Positions 7,665 to 17,157 of a DNA stretch of 64,000 bases are shown one piece after another. Position 1 is the first letter of the stretch, and each line of letters starts with the position of its first letter. The position numbers and the translations under genes were made by a program. The DNA lies in IMG/VR virus record IMGVR_UViG_3300045988_131228, positions 96,001 through 160,000 of that record; one strand, given 5' to 3'. The stretch comes from a virus. The notes beneath the pieces were generated by a model that was given only the letters and a program-made list of their open reading frames with translations, was not told the DNA's origin and did not search any database.

Positions 7665-9518
7665 TTATAGTTCTACTGCGACATCAATGATTGCGTCAGA
7701 CCATTGATTCTTACGTAAGTATTTACCAATAGACTTTCTGTAATCTTGTGCCATTTTATAAGTAATAACGAAATTTAAGTTAATTATTTCGCCTTTGTTT
7801 CTGCGATAGCTGCCTGTGCTGCTATGGACAGAAGATAGGCTATCATCATTACTTAATATCTGAGCAGAATAATTATTTTTGCGTCCTTCTACTTGTGTGT
7901 CTAAATATATGTCTGAGTTCTTATCATAATCATTTCCTAAACTAATATACCATCTAAATTTATTGTTATCAAGAACAAGAACTCTTGAAATGAATTTATC
8001 AATGATATATTTTGGCAACTTAGGTTGTGAAAAATCTATAACCTCATTCATGGCTTGTTTTATAACTTCTATCTTTTTTTCAATTGATTCTGGTTCATCT
8101 GATTCAACTTCGTCAATTGTTAATTCAGAATTTAATATAGAAATCTGTTCAGTGATCGTATTTTTTGATTCAGCAAACTCTTCTTTTGATATTTCACCAT
8201 CTGCTCTCATTTCTATTAAGTTCTGTAATCGTTTTTGTAGTTTTTCTATTTTTAATTCTGTTTCCTTGATATTCTTTTTATTTGGTTTTACATCTTCTTC
8301 ATAGTTTTCAGATATCATTTTTAATGCTAATATAACAGATTCACCTTTATTCTTCCAAATATGTTCTATAACCATTTTTGCCATCATATCAAGTTTCCAA
8401 TCTGCAACCATTCTAATTCCACAATATCCATCCGTATCTAATCCGTTCTTTTCACGAAATTGTTTACTTCCATAATTAAGCTGTCTTTGGCATTGATATC
8501 CATATACTGCTTCACCAGTCTTATTGGTTCTCCATTTATTCCTTCTAAAAGAACTACCACAATTACATAGAAGTTTTTTACTCCAAAATTCTTTTACGTC
8601 TTTTTTACCAGATAATTTATCGCCTACAGATTTTGTACGTCTAGCGATTATTTTTTGCACATCATCCCATTTATTTTGTGGTATAATAACAGGAATGTTT
8701 ACTTTCTGATACATATAACTGTCTCTATCAAGATTATTAATTCTCTTTTGCTCAAGATAGTTATTACTATGTGATTGACCATAAGCAAGCACACCTGTAT
8801 ATGTTGATTTTTTTAATATTCTCATTACACGTTCAGCAGACCATTTTATATCTCCACTTGCATTCTTACGTTGCTGAACAGATAATGACTTAGCGATTTT
8901 CATTGATCCAAGACCATCTAAATACATATCATAAATCATTCTAACTGTTTCAGCCTGTTCTTCGTTAATTACATAGGTAATTCCAACACGATCATATCCT
9001 AAGATATTTCCATTACCATACAATGAGCCATTTTCTCTACTGATTTTTTGTCCTGCTTTAACACGATCAGAAGTCTTTCGGCTTTCTTCTTGTGCTAATG
9101 TAGCCATCAATGTAAGTCGTAATTCCCCATCACCATCCATAGTCCAAATATTATCATCTACAAAATATACTTCTATATTATATTTGCTTTTGAGTTCTCT
9201 GGTATATACCAAAGTGTCTACTGTATTTCTAGCAAATCTACATACCTCTCTTGTTACTATTAAATCAAATTTCCCTTTTTTAGAGTCTTCAATCATCCTT
9301 AAAAATCCTGGACGTTTCTTTGCTTGAGTACCTGTTATTCCTTCATCAATATACTTTTCAACTAAATTCCAATTGGGGTGGAACTTTAATTGATCGTCAT
9401 ACCATTGCATTTGGTTTTGTAATGCTGATAATTGTGCTTCATGTTCAGTTGAAACACGTCCATAAAAAGCAATATTTCTTGGTCTATTTCTATCGAGGGA
9501 CGTTATATAATTATCCAT
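7665..9518 (-). CDS. Large serine recombinase (phage integrase)
   Basis: N-terminal resolvase domain (IAFYGRVSTEHEAQ, catalytic Ser). Large C-terminal recombinase domain with a Cys zinc ribbon and coiled coil. Start moved to AGGAG-preceded ATG 9518 (track TTG 9533). Confidence 0.9.
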   Translation of the reverse strand: MDNYITSLDRNRPRNIAFYGRVSTEHEAQLSALQNQMQWYDDQLKFHPNWNLVEKYIDEGITGTQAKKRPGFLRMIEDSKKGKFDLIVTREVCRFARNTVDTLVYTRELKSKYNIEVYFVDDNIWTMDGDGELRLTLMATLAQEESRKTSDRVKAGQKISRENGSLYGNGNILGYDRVGITYVINEEQAETVRMIYDMYLDGLGSMKIAKSLSVQQRKNASGDIKWSAERVMRILKKSTYTGVLAYGQSHSNNYLEQKRINNLDRDSYMYQKVNIPVIIPQNKWDDVQKIIARRTKSVGDKLSGKKDVKEFWSKKLLCNCGSSFRRNKWRTNKTGEAVYGYQCQRQLNYGSKQFREKNGLDTDGYCGIRMVADWKLDMMAKMVIEHIWKNKGESVILALKMISENYEEDVKPNKKNIKETELKIEKLQKRLQNLIEMRADGEISKEEFAESKNTITEQISILNSELTIDEVESDEPESIEKKIEVIKQAMNEVIDFSQPKLPKYIIDKFISRVLVLDNNKFRWYISLGNDYDKNSDIYLDTQVEGRKNNYSAQILSNDDSLSSVHSSTGSYRRNKGEIINLNFVITYKMAQDYRKSIGKYLRKNQWSDAIIDVAVEL

Positions 9519-9532
9519 GTTATCTCCTTTCA

Positions 9533-9582
9533 AAAATAAAGCCTATTTTATATACTATTATATATAAAATAAGCCTTATTTT
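9533..9582. repeat. Two related A/T-rich palindromic sites (AAAATAA(A)GCC(T)TATTTT) bracketing the recombinase promoter
   Basis: 9566-9582 is an 8+1+8 perfect palindrome. 9533-9549 is a shifted copy with 6-bp arms. Centres are about 33 bp apart. Confidence 0.45.
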
Positions 9583-9585
9583 CAA
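9557..9585 (-). promoter_or_regulatory. Promoter TTGAAA-N17-TATAAT upstream of the recombinase gene
   Basis: -35 at 9585..9580, -10 at 9562..9557, read directly. Confidence 0.6.
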
Positions 9586-9600
9586 CAGTATTTTTCTATA

Positions 9601-9735
9601 TTATGTAATCTTATACTTTTTCAAAATATTATCATAAGTTCTTTTATTAATAATGCCTTGTTCATATAAGATATTTATAATAATCAATGCACCATTTTCA
9701 TCACTGATTATATTATTTGATTCTTTTGCTTCTAT
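9601..9735 (-). CDS. hypothetical 44-aa protein with putative ATA start
   Basis: AAAGGGTGA-N6-ATA. 44 stop-free codons ending at TAA 9603..9601. The only canonical in-frame start is TTG at codon 17. Confidence 0.35.
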   Translation of the reverse strand: MEAKESNNIISDENGALIIINILYEQGIINKRTYDNILKKYKIT

Positions 9736-9741
9736 ATTACA

Positions 9742-10275
9742 TCACCCTTTATTCTTGTCCGTACTGCCAAATCCACCATTACGAGAAGTTTCTACTTTAT
9801 CATCTTCTGTGATTCCATATTCCATGAATAAGCCTTGACAAAATGAATTTCCCCTAAGAATTTTAATCTCTTTATTTCCTTCATTTGAGAGTTTAACAAA
9901 GATATGACCTTCATTATCACTATAATAAAAATCGCTATCCACAACTCCAACGGTGTTACAAAGTCTAACTTTAAATTTGAATCCTAATCCACTTCTAGGA
10001 TACAGCATTAACACCCAATCAGTATTCATTCCACATCTGATTCCAGTAGGAATTTTAATGGTTTCACCAGGCTTTAAAGTGAATGTCAGAGGACTTACAA
10101 AGTCATATCCTGCGCTACCTTTTGTTGCTCTTTTGGGTAGTGTAATTGCTCCGTAAATACTCTCAATCTCACGTCTGGTTGATGTATCTAATTCAGGAAT
10201 ATCAAATGTATCAAGCCAATCTTTTTCAAACTGTCCGTATGTAACTTTCTCAAATTTTGCAACTCTCTTTGCCAT
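9742..10275 (-). CDS. dut: dUTP diphosphatase (trimeric dUTPase)
   Basis: GSAGYDF, RSGLGFK and C-terminal GGFGSTD motifs. Confidence 0.9.
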   Translation of the reverse strand: MAKRVAKFEKVTYGQFEKDWLDTFDIPELDTSTRREIESIYGAITLPKRATKGSAGYDFVSPLTFTLKPGETIKIPTGIRCGMNTDWVLMLYPRSGLGFKFKVRLCNTVGVVDSDFYYSDNEGHIFVKLSNEGNKEIKILRGNSFCQGLFMEYGITEDDKVETSRNGGFGSTDKNKG

Positions 10276-10319
10276 ATTGCTAATCTCCTTTGTGTATGTA
10301 ATTTGTTATAATTATTTTA

Positions 10320-10694
10320 TTAATAATGTGTGTTAAGCCCACGCTCAACGAGATATTGAATAGCTTTATCACCATCACGAAAGTTTAAAAGTTCATTAAT
10401 TGTAGGTTTGTATTCTGTCCATGTGGTTTTAATTTCTATGTTTAATTCTTCTTTCCATTGCTTAATTGAGAAATAATCATGATAATAAAACTTTAATCCT
10501 TTTCTTGTTTTACGAAGTCCATATGGTAAATATAAACCTAGTTTCTCGTATATATTCAATATATTATCCCAATCGGCTTTGATGGATGGTGTATCTGGAA
10601 TTATTTCTGATATTTCATCTTTATATAACTTGATAAGAAATGGACGTATTTTATTAATGAAAACTTCTGTTCTTGATTTATAATACTTAAGCAT
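10320..10694 (-). CDS. hypothetical protein
   Basis: 124-aa co-directional ORF. No motif recognised. Confidence 0.6.
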   Translation of the reverse strand: MLKYYKSRTEVFINKIRPFLIKLYKDEISEIIPDTPSIKADWDNILNIYEKLGLYLPYGLRKTRKGLKFYYHDYFSIKQWKEELNIEIKTTWTEYKPTINELLNFRDGDKAIQYLVERGLNTHY

Positions 10695-10695
10695 T

Positions 10696-11124
10696 TTACA
10701 ACTCCTTTAGCTTAGATTGAGCTTCTTCATATGTAAAAAAGTATTTTTTACCAATATCCTTTTTAGAAATATAATCCAAATGATCAATAAGGTTAATTGT
10801 GTCTATATAGTATTCTTTTTTACTACTACAACCATAGTCGTTACAATGGTTACATTCATCACTATATCCATCGTGTTCTATCCCTTTATGACATTTCGAC
10901 CATCTAAAATCAATATAATAAAGTGTTATATCATTACTTAATTTTATTGATTGTTTAATATTGTCAGATTGTTCATAATTTGCTAATTGGCGAGCAATTT
11001 TATTAAGAGTTTTCCATTTTTTATTTTTGGCAAGCTGCTTAATTGTAAGTCCTTTATCAGATGGATAACCGTCTGGGTGAAACAATATATCCCCTTTTTC
11101 AGTAACGTAAGTTAATTTCTTCAT
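10696..11124 (-). CDS. hypothetical protein with Cys/His cluster
   Basis: 142-aa ORF containing CHKGIEHDGYSDECNHCNDYGC. Confidence 0.6.
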   Translation of the reverse strand: MKKLTYVTEKGDILFHPDGYPSDKGLTIKQLAKNKKWKTLNKIARQLANYEQSDNIKQSIKLSNDITLYYIDFRWSKCHKGIEHDGYSDECNHCNDYGCSSKKEYYIDTINLIDHLDYISKKDIGKKYFFTYEEAQSKLKEL

Positions 11125-11458
11125 TTATATCTCCCATAAATATTTTATGTAGTGATTCCAATTCATTTCTAACTGCATATACACGTCTATTTTTACAGAT
11201 TCCTTATCAAAATCACCAATCAAAGGAGCTATTAAAATCTCCCACTCGCATTTACACCAATAGCAATGCATAGTTGATGATTTTACTATTTTCTCTAAAT
11301 CCTTCTTGTGTATAATTATCTTTGTGATTCAATAATTCAAGAATTTCTTGTTTGTAACTTATATGATTAAAGATATTAAATACTTTCATTTGTCTTTTAT
11401 TTATATCAGACACAAATACATTCCATTCTAAATCAACGTTATTTTTAATATTCCTCAT
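11125..11458 (-). CDS. hypothetical protein, frame split at the 4-nt homopolymer 11281-11284
   Basis: Track ORF 11252..11458 stops early. A second frame (..MHCYWCKCEWEIL..YLWEI) runs to TAA 11127..11125, directly abutting the next ATG. Confidence 0.45.
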
Positions 11459-11714
11459 AATATGTTTCTCCGTTTATTTGCGGATATTTTTGTTCTGCAT
11501 TGTGTATTCTTTTAAGAGCAATTGAACGATTATCAAAGACATTTTCATCTATCTCATTGAACCCTAGTAAATATGCACGTTTGTCTTTCTTGTCTACACC
11601 GCAGAACCAATTATCCATAACAGTTCTTATCACTAAATCGCACAAATCGTATGTACCTGTTTCTGGAAATACTCGTGTATAATATACGGTATCTCCCTTA
11701 TTAATAGTCTTCAT
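11445..11714 (-). CDS. hypothetical protein
   Basis: Track ORF 11445..11732 starts at TTG. First ATG is at 11714. Confidence 0.55.
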   Translation of the reverse strand: MKTINKGDTVYYTRVFPETGTYDLCDLVIRTVMDNWFCGVDKKDKRAYLLGFNEIDENVFDNRSIALKRIHNAEQKYPQINGETYYEEY

Positions 11715-12027
11715 TCTCTGATACTTCCTCAAAAATATCTTTCATATTACTCATGAATTTGTTATACGCTTTTACTACTTTTTTGTAGAGTTTATTATTA
11801 CCTCTATCATCTGGATTATAGAATGGTGCGAATAATGTTCCATTTGCATATCGTACATTTGTTGATACGAAGTAATCTTCTTTATCTACGGTAAGATTAA
11901 GAATAATTTCTTCTGTATACAATGGTTTGTTCAGTATATACTGAGTTGTGGTTACTCTGAAATTATTAGATACAAAATCTCTATCTTTGACTGATTGTTT
12001 TACACGATATGTTTTTGGTTCTACCAT
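11701..12027 (-). CDS. hypothetical protein
   Basis: AAAGGAG-preceded ATG 12027 (track start 12069 lies upstream). Confidence 0.55.
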   Translation of the reverse strand: MVEPKTYRVKQSVKDRDFVSNNFRVTTTQYILNKPLYTEEIILNLTVDKEDYFVSTNVRYANGTLFAPFYNPDDRGNNKLYKKVVKAYNKFMSNMKDIFEEVSENEDY

Positions 12028-12081
12028 AAGATTTTCTCCTTTTGTACGGGAGTCAATTAAGACTCCCATAGTTATTTTTAT

Positions 12082-14352
12082 TTAATCACATTTACTCCAT
12101 CCACAGTTTTTGCAGACATTACATCCACCTTCAAACGTAAGTTCTTCCCCACACACAGGACAAGGATTTTTAATGTCAACATTAACTGTAAGTTCTTTGC
12201 TTTCAATGTTTTTCTTAATTGTCTGTGACTTCACAGAGATATCTTTATCACCATCGGAAATACTCTCTTGCATTTCTTTGTACATTTCAATTAATGCATT
12301 AGCTACCGCATCTGGACAACACTTACCTTTACTTGTATCATGTTTTGTCATTGTTCTACCTACATAAGAAGGGCAAGCAGGACAACTTTTTAATTGATCT
12401 GCAATCGTATATACGTCAACACCTGCTCTAGCACTTAATGAAATAAGTCGAGATACAGCAGCTAAGTTTGATTGACAACCACCTGTAGAACCTTTTGAAA
12501 TATAAGTTTCAAGCAATTCTCCACTAATAGGATCAAACATTGCTACAACATGTAAACTTCCGCAACCAGACATAATCTTACGTTTTAGCCCAATTACATT
12601 GTCATCCGCAACAACAATATATCCTCTTGGAAGTGGTTTGGTTTCTTCTATTGCATCATTTTCTTTTGTTGATGAAGTTGTCAAAATACCTGCACGTTTA
12701 CATCCATCTCTAAAGATAGTCACACCTTTTAATCCAGCATCCCATGCAGTCATGTATAATCCTTCCACCTGTTCAACCGTAAAATCATTTGGAACATTAA
12801 CAGTAGAACTGATAGATGCATCAATGTGCGACTGCCAAATACTTTGCATATAAATTCTGTTCTTATAATCAAGTGTCTGAGCTGTTACAAAGTAATCTGG
12901 TAATTCAGAATCATCTTTTAATCCATGTTTTTCCATATATTCTTTTACAATTGGAGTATAGACTTTATAATATTCATCATGACCTTTAAGAGACTCTGTT
13001 TTTCTTGTATAGTAGTTTGCAAAAATAGGTTCAATACCACCAGATACACCAATCATAGTTGAAAGAGATCCAGTTGGTGCAATTGTAAGTAACTGAGAGT
13101 TCCTAAGTCCAAATGATTCTACTAATTCTTTTGTTTCTCCTAATGCATTTTTACTATAAAACGCTGATTGTTCTACCGCTTCTGGTTTATATTTAGGATA
13201 TACACCATATTCTTTTGCTAACACAGCAGATGTTTTAATCGCCATATCTGCCATAGTATGTCCAATCATGTCACATAAATCAATGGCTTCTGGACTACCA
13301 TATTTAATTCCCAGTTTAATAAGCAAATCGGCAAGACCAAAGATTCCAAGTCCAATCTGTCTCCAATCATATACAGATTCTCTTTGTTCTTTTAATGGAT
13401 GGAGTGGAAGTCCTTCATCTAATACTTCATTTAATGCAATAACAGACGATTTGACACAATGCTTAAAACTCTCAAAATCAAATCCTGTATCACATGCAAA
13501 TTCAGCTAGGTTAATGCTACCAAGAAGGCATGAACCTCCCGCTGGCAAAGGTTCTTCTGCGCATGGATTTGTTCCTGCATATTCAAACTCATCATCACAA
13601 CTAAGTAGATTCCAATTATTGATTCTGTCCCAGAAAAGCATTCCAGGTTCAGCATAATCCCAGTTCATTTCACACATTTTATGAAACATTTCATATGCAT
13701 CAATTTCTTTAGTGATGGTTTCTCCTGTTTCTAACCTAGTAAATGATAGAGTAAATGGAGTTTTATTCTTTACCGCAGCCATAAACTTGTCTGTAATTCT
13801 AATAGAGATATTAGCTTTTGTGACTCTATCAAGATCTGATTTAATACCAATAAATTCTTCTAAGTCTGGATGCTCACATGAAAGACTAAGCATTAAAGCT
13901 CCTCTACGTCCCGCTTGCCCGATTAATCCAGTAACCATAGAATATAAATCCATAAACGATACAGAGCCAGTTGTTTCTTTAGCGGCATTATTGACCTTTG
14001 CACCTCTTGGAGATAATTTACTAATATCAACTCCACATCCACCACCATAGCTATATGTACGAGCAAGTTTTTTAGCGCAGTCAAAGATACTTTCAATATT
14101 GTCTTCTGGTTGTTCAATTACATAGCAATTACTGAGACTAATTTTACGTCCTTTATTCTCAAGACCTCTATTGGCAAGAATACGGCCACCGAATAAAAAC
14201 TTTTTCTCTTTAATTAAATTAGCAATTTCTGAATTTCCACCAGATACACGATTAATCCACTCATCAAAAGTTTCATTTTCATATCTGTATTTTCTTTCCC
14301 AAATATCTTGTCCTAATTGATTCTCTGTTCCTAACCATTCCTGTACTGTCAT
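12082..14352 (-). CDS. nrdJ: Class II (adenosylcobalamin-dependent) ribonucleotide reductase
   Basis: 756 aa. NPCAEEPLPAGGSCLLGSINL active-site loop. C-terminal CPVCG..CNVCKNCGWSKC zinc finger typical of NrdJ. Confidence 0.85.
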   Translation of the reverse strand: MTVQEWLGTENQLGQDIWERKYRYENETFDEWINRVSGGNSEIANLIKEKKFLFGGRILANRGLENKGRKISLSNCYVIEQPEDNIESIFDCAKKLARTYSYGGGCGVDISKLSPRGAKVNNAAKETTGSVSFMDLYSMVTGLIGQAGRRGALMLSLSCEHPDLEEFIGIKSDLDRVTKANISIRITDKFMAAVKNKTPFTLSFTRLETGETITKEIDAYEMFHKMCEMNWDYAEPGMLFWDRINNWNLLSCDDEFEYAGTNPCAEEPLPAGGSCLLGSINLAEFACDTGFDFESFKHCVKSSVIALNEVLDEGLPLHPLKEQRESVYDWRQIGLGIFGLADLLIKLGIKYGSPEAIDLCDMIGHTMADMAIKTSAVLAKEYGVYPKYKPEAVEQSAFYSKNALGETKELVESFGLRNSQLLTIAPTGSLSTMIGVSGGIEPIFANYYTRKTESLKGHDEYYKVYTPIVKEYMEKHGLKDDSELPDYFVTAQTLDYKNRIYMQSIWQSHIDASISSTVNVPNDFTVEQVEGLYMTAWDAGLKGVTIFRDGCKRAGILTTSSTKENDAIEETKPLPRGYIVVADDNVIGLKRKIMSGCGSLHVVAMFDPISGELLETYISKGSTGGCQSNLAAVSRLISLSARAGVDVYTIADQLKSCPACPSYVGRTMTKHDTSKGKCCPDAVANALIEMYKEMQESISDGDKDISVKSQTIKKNIESKELTVNVDIKNPCPVCGEELTFEGGCNVCKNCGWSKCD

Positions 14353-14504
14353 TCATTATCTCCTTTACCAAATCTCTTATTAAATATTTTCTTCTCAATC
14401 TTCTCTCTATCTTTTGTTGAAACTGCCAAACACAAGCACATATACGCAATTACCAGTAAACACGCAATGATAAAAGTTCCAACTCCGATAACAACTACAT
14501 TCAT
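14349..14504 (-). CDS. small membrane protein (51 aa)
   Basis: ATG 14504. One hydrophobic helix (VVVIGVGTFIIACLLVIAYMCLCLAV). Its TGA overlaps the nrdJ ATG (ATGA). Confidence 0.45.
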   Translation of the reverse strand: MNVVVIGVGTFIIACLLVIAYMCLCLAVSTKDREKIEKKIFNKRFGKGDNE

Positions 14505-14518
14505 AATAACCACCCCTC

Positions 14519-14659
14519 TCACATATCTTTGATCTTAATTTTAAGTGCTTCTAATTCTTTATATTTATCAGTATCATATCTGGTATAATCTTTGATAATC
14601 ATATGAGTTTGTTCATTGCAAATAAGTTCTATAAGTAATTTCTTCTCGTTTTCGGTCAT
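14519..14659 (-). CDS. hypothetical 46-aa protein
   Basis: ATG 14659 to TGA 14521..14519, translated by hand. Below the track cutoff. Confidence 0.35.
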   Translation of the reverse strand: MTENEKKLLIELICNEQTHMIIKDYTRYDTDKYKELEALKIKIKDM

Positions 14660-14857
14660 TTTCTTATCTTCCTTTACTATTTTTCTCGTATATATTTATT
14701 TTCTCTTTTTTCGTGTTATAATATCCGTAGTGGAGATATTTATATAAATTGTTAATAGTCATAATTAGAATGTTTTCTGAAAATAGTAATATCAGATTTA
14801 TATTTAGCACATTATCTTTATCTACAAGATGTAACCTATCAACCAATATCTCCACTC

Positions 14858-15055
14858 TTATGAACAAATTCTTTTGATTTCACCGTTGCCACCATCTTTA
14901 CATTTCAAAACAAGATGTGTGCATAATGAGTCAGCACAGTTTGGTTTGTGTGCAATCATATCAATTACATATTCTCTATTCTCAACTTCAACAGTAATGA
15001 AATTATCCCCAATGCGTTTTAATTCCCGTACTAGCTCTCCGCTACTAATAATCAC
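14858..15055 (-). CDS. hypothetical protein
   Basis: 65-aa ORF overlapping the 3' end of the nucleotidase gene by 4 nt. Confidence 0.5.
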   Translation of the reverse strand: MIISSGELVRELKRIGDNFITVEVENREYVIDMIAHKPNCADSLCTHLVLKCKDGGNGEIKRICS

Positions 15056-15642
15056 TTCTCCAAAGTCACCTCTTTCCCAATTCCTAGCAGATATTGTCTA
15101 ATTTCAGCCCAATTCTGTAATCTTTTACCTGTCCAATCTTTATTCCAACTATATGTTCTACCAAAACAAATATTTTCTTTTGCATTGGAAGTTGCAAGAT
15201 TTTTTGTACTATCATCAATGAATAATCCGTCACTCATATCAATGTGTGACTTATCGGAATGTTCTTTGAGATTTACGCCAATAAATTCTATATTTGGAAA
15301 TCTTTTCTTAATCCATTCCTCTTTTTGTTTAAGATTAGGTGAATATCCATGTGACACAATTTTAATAGAATAGTATTCAAATAGTTCATTGATTGCACGT
15401 TCAGCCCAAGGCATAAAATGTAATCTCTCAAAGAATCTTGGCTGATTAAAGTACAAATCAATATATCCAGGTGGAGCACAATTACATTCTTCAAATCCCC
15501 AAGTATCAACAGTCCACCAATTTACATAATGGAATTTCTTGTAATATTGAAAATCTTCATTATATAAATCAACAATCGCATCTATGGTGGCGACTAACGT
15601 TCCATCAAAATCAACATATAATGTTTTAATATCATTTCTCAT
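15052..15642 (-). CDS. 5'(3')-deoxyribonucleotidase, HAD superfamily (NT5C/YorS-like)
   Basis: VDFDGTLV (DxDxT) motif near the N-terminus. About 196 aa. Nucleotide-metabolism context. Confidence 0.7.
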   Translation of the reverse strand: MRNDIKTLYVDFDGTLVATIDAIVDLYNEDFQYYKKFHYVNWWTVDTWGFEECNCAPPGYIDLYFNQPRFFERLHFMPWAERAINELFEYYSIKIVSHGYSPNLKQKEEWIKKRFPNIEFIGVNLKEHSDKSHIDMSDGLFIDDSTKNLATSNAKENICFGRTYSWNKDWTGKRLQNWAEIRQYLLGIGKEVTLEK

Positions 15643-16213
15643 CTGTGATACCTCGTTTTGCTCTGTCTTTATTGATTACACGTACCATTTTCGCAACAGA
15701 TTCTTCCAGACTTCTATCATTCAATACAAAGTAATCAATAAGATTGGATTTCTCAAAGTTGGAAAATTCTGCACTTTCCTTGATGTAATTAGCTTGCCAA
15801 GCGTCATAATCTCCACGTTTTCTTGCTCTTTGTCGTAAATCATTGTATGGAACATTCACCATAATGGTTACTAATTCAATATCCATATCTTTTGTTTTAA
15901 GTTTTAATTCGTAATATCCTGTGGGATTGATAATGTAGAAGTCATTATCTAAGAGTTGTTGTTTTGTTGCGAAATTGCAATATCCTACTCTATCAGTATA
16001 GGCAATCATATCATTACGATATTTCTCTATTTCATCTGGTAAAATTAATATATGGTCTGAATTTTCTTTTGTTTCACCTTGTCGTAGATATTGTCTAGTT
16101 GAATATGAGCGCAAGATATTCATATTCAATTGCTTTGCAGCTTCTTTTGTCACAGTTGATTTGCCTGATCCTGTTCTTCCTAATACACAATATACTGTAT
16201 GTATAATAATCAC
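15632..16213 (-). CDS. P-loop nucleotide kinase (guanylate-kinase-like / dNMP kinase)
   Basis: Walker A GRTGSGKST. STRQYLRQGE resembles the guanylate kinase TTRxPRxGE motif. Confidence 0.65.
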   Translation of the reverse strand: MIIIHTVYCVLGRTGSGKSTVTKEAAKQLNMNILRSYSTRQYLRQGETKENSDHILILPDEIEKYRNDMIAYTDRVGYCNFATKQQLLDNDFYIINPTGYYELKLKTKDMDIELVTIMVNVPYNDLRQRARKRGDYDAWQANYIKESAEFSNFEKSNLIDYFVLNDRSLEESVAKMVRVINKDRAKRGITDEK

Positions 16214-16884
16214 GCTTCCTTTCTTGGCTTACGACCGCAAGATTTAGTCTCATCACAATATCCAGTTAATTCACATTTGGGTTTAAACATATTATCAACA
16301 ATCCACGCCCATTCATCTGAATATTCTCTTAAAACATTTTCAATAGTGGAAAATAATTCTCTAAATTCCCAATATGCTCTTGTACATTTTCTTACATGAC
16401 TCATATCAATGAGATTACGAAGATTTCTTTTTTCAACAATTTTCGTTGTCATTCCTAATGGAAGCAAATTCGCAAGATCTTCTCTTGGAATACCTAAGTC
16501 ATTTAATTCTGACAATGCTTTTCTAATGTTTTTCACAGCTTGATTATATGTAATTGTTGCATCTCCATTTGATTTAATAGATTTAGGAACGATAATATCA
16601 AAGTCATTGTAATTGATATATCTTGTAGACGCTTGTAACCAAGGGGATAATCCACCTACATGTCTTTCGTATTCTCTCATTACTCTTGCACTAAATCCAT
16701 CAATAACCATATGAACATCAGGAAATTCAAATGTACGTCCATGACCAGATTTAATACAGTCAACACCACGTTTATAGTTTTTTTCAGCGTTTGTCACATC
16801 TGCTCCCCAACAAATACCTGCTCTATTACCAATAAGTGTAATTGGTGTTTTAGTTGTTTCTGACAAAATTGTAATTGTTCCCAT
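16210..16884 (-). CDS. thyX: Flavin-dependent thymidylate synthase
   Basis: ThyX signature region ERHVGGLSPWLQASTRY (RHRxxSxxxxSxR-like). About 224 aa. Confidence 0.8.
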   Translation of the reverse strand: MGTITILSETTKTPITLIGNRAGICWGADVTNAEKNYKRGVDCIKSGHGRTFEFPDVHMVIDGFSARVMREYERHVGGLSPWLQASTRYINYNDFDIIVPKSIKSNGDATITYNQAVKNIRKALSELNDLGIPREDLANLLPLGMTTKIVEKRNLRNLIDMSHVRKCTRAYWEFRELFSTIENVLREYSDEWAWIVDNMFKPKCELTGYCDETKSCGRKPRKEA

Positions 16885-16887
16885 TCT

Positions 16888-17130
16888 TTATTCCTCCACA
16901 ATCCATAATCTAATATCTTCTTTGAATTGATTACATAATTTTTCATCATCCGATAAGAAATTTACAACACACGCTTTATTAAGACTTGTGCTTAGAATCC
17001 CCATAATAGATTTGGCATCAATCGTGTACCTAGAATATACATAGTCGATATCCACATCTTTATATTCTCCACATTTTGCTACAAACAATCCTGCGTCATT
17101 GATTGTGTTTAATTTGACTTTGCACTTCAT
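16888..17130 (-). CDS. HPr/Crh-like phosphocarrier-fold protein lacking the His15 equivalent
   Basis: 80 aa. IDAKSIMGILS matches the HPr Ser46 region (NLKSIMGVMS). The GIHARPA site reads GLFVAKC. Confidence 0.55.
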   Translation of the reverse strand: MKCKVKLNTINDAGLFVAKCGEYKDVDIDYVYSRYTIDAKSIMGILSTSLNKACVVNFLSDDEKLCNQFKEDIRLWIVEE

Positions 17131-17157
17131 TTTATAAAATCCTTTCTTATTATAATG

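Noticed and set aside
9735-9744. General TGA read-through as the explanation for all four ATA/ATT-start ORFs.
   Set aside because: Only at the dut locus is the SD-embedded TGA the stop of an upstream gene in the same frame. At 39952 two in-frame stops intervene. At 21396 and 56343 the upstream genes are distant or in another frame.
12110-14117. Plus-strand and alternative-frame ORFs inside nrdJ (12110..12367, 12599..12853, 13268..13657, 13712..14050, 13923..14117). Analogous shadow ORFs lie inside other long genes, for example 7963..8304, 17189..17694, 23183..23622, 25771..25998, 29244..29612, 31705..32016, 45861..46193 and 56404..56874.
   Set aside because: They overlap strongly supported, motif-bearing genes on the other strand or in another frame. 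They have low-complexity Ser/Leu/Phe-rich translations and no SD.
14664-14867. Track ORF 14664..14867 (67 aa) as a gene.
   Set aside because: Its composition is low-complexity Asn/Ile/Leu/Lys with no SD. The region looks intergenic or regulatory. It holds a 12-bp inverted repeat AGTGGAGATATT/AATATCTCCACT (14729-14740 and 14845-14856) and promoter-like TTGATA and TATAAC elements. I left it unannotated.
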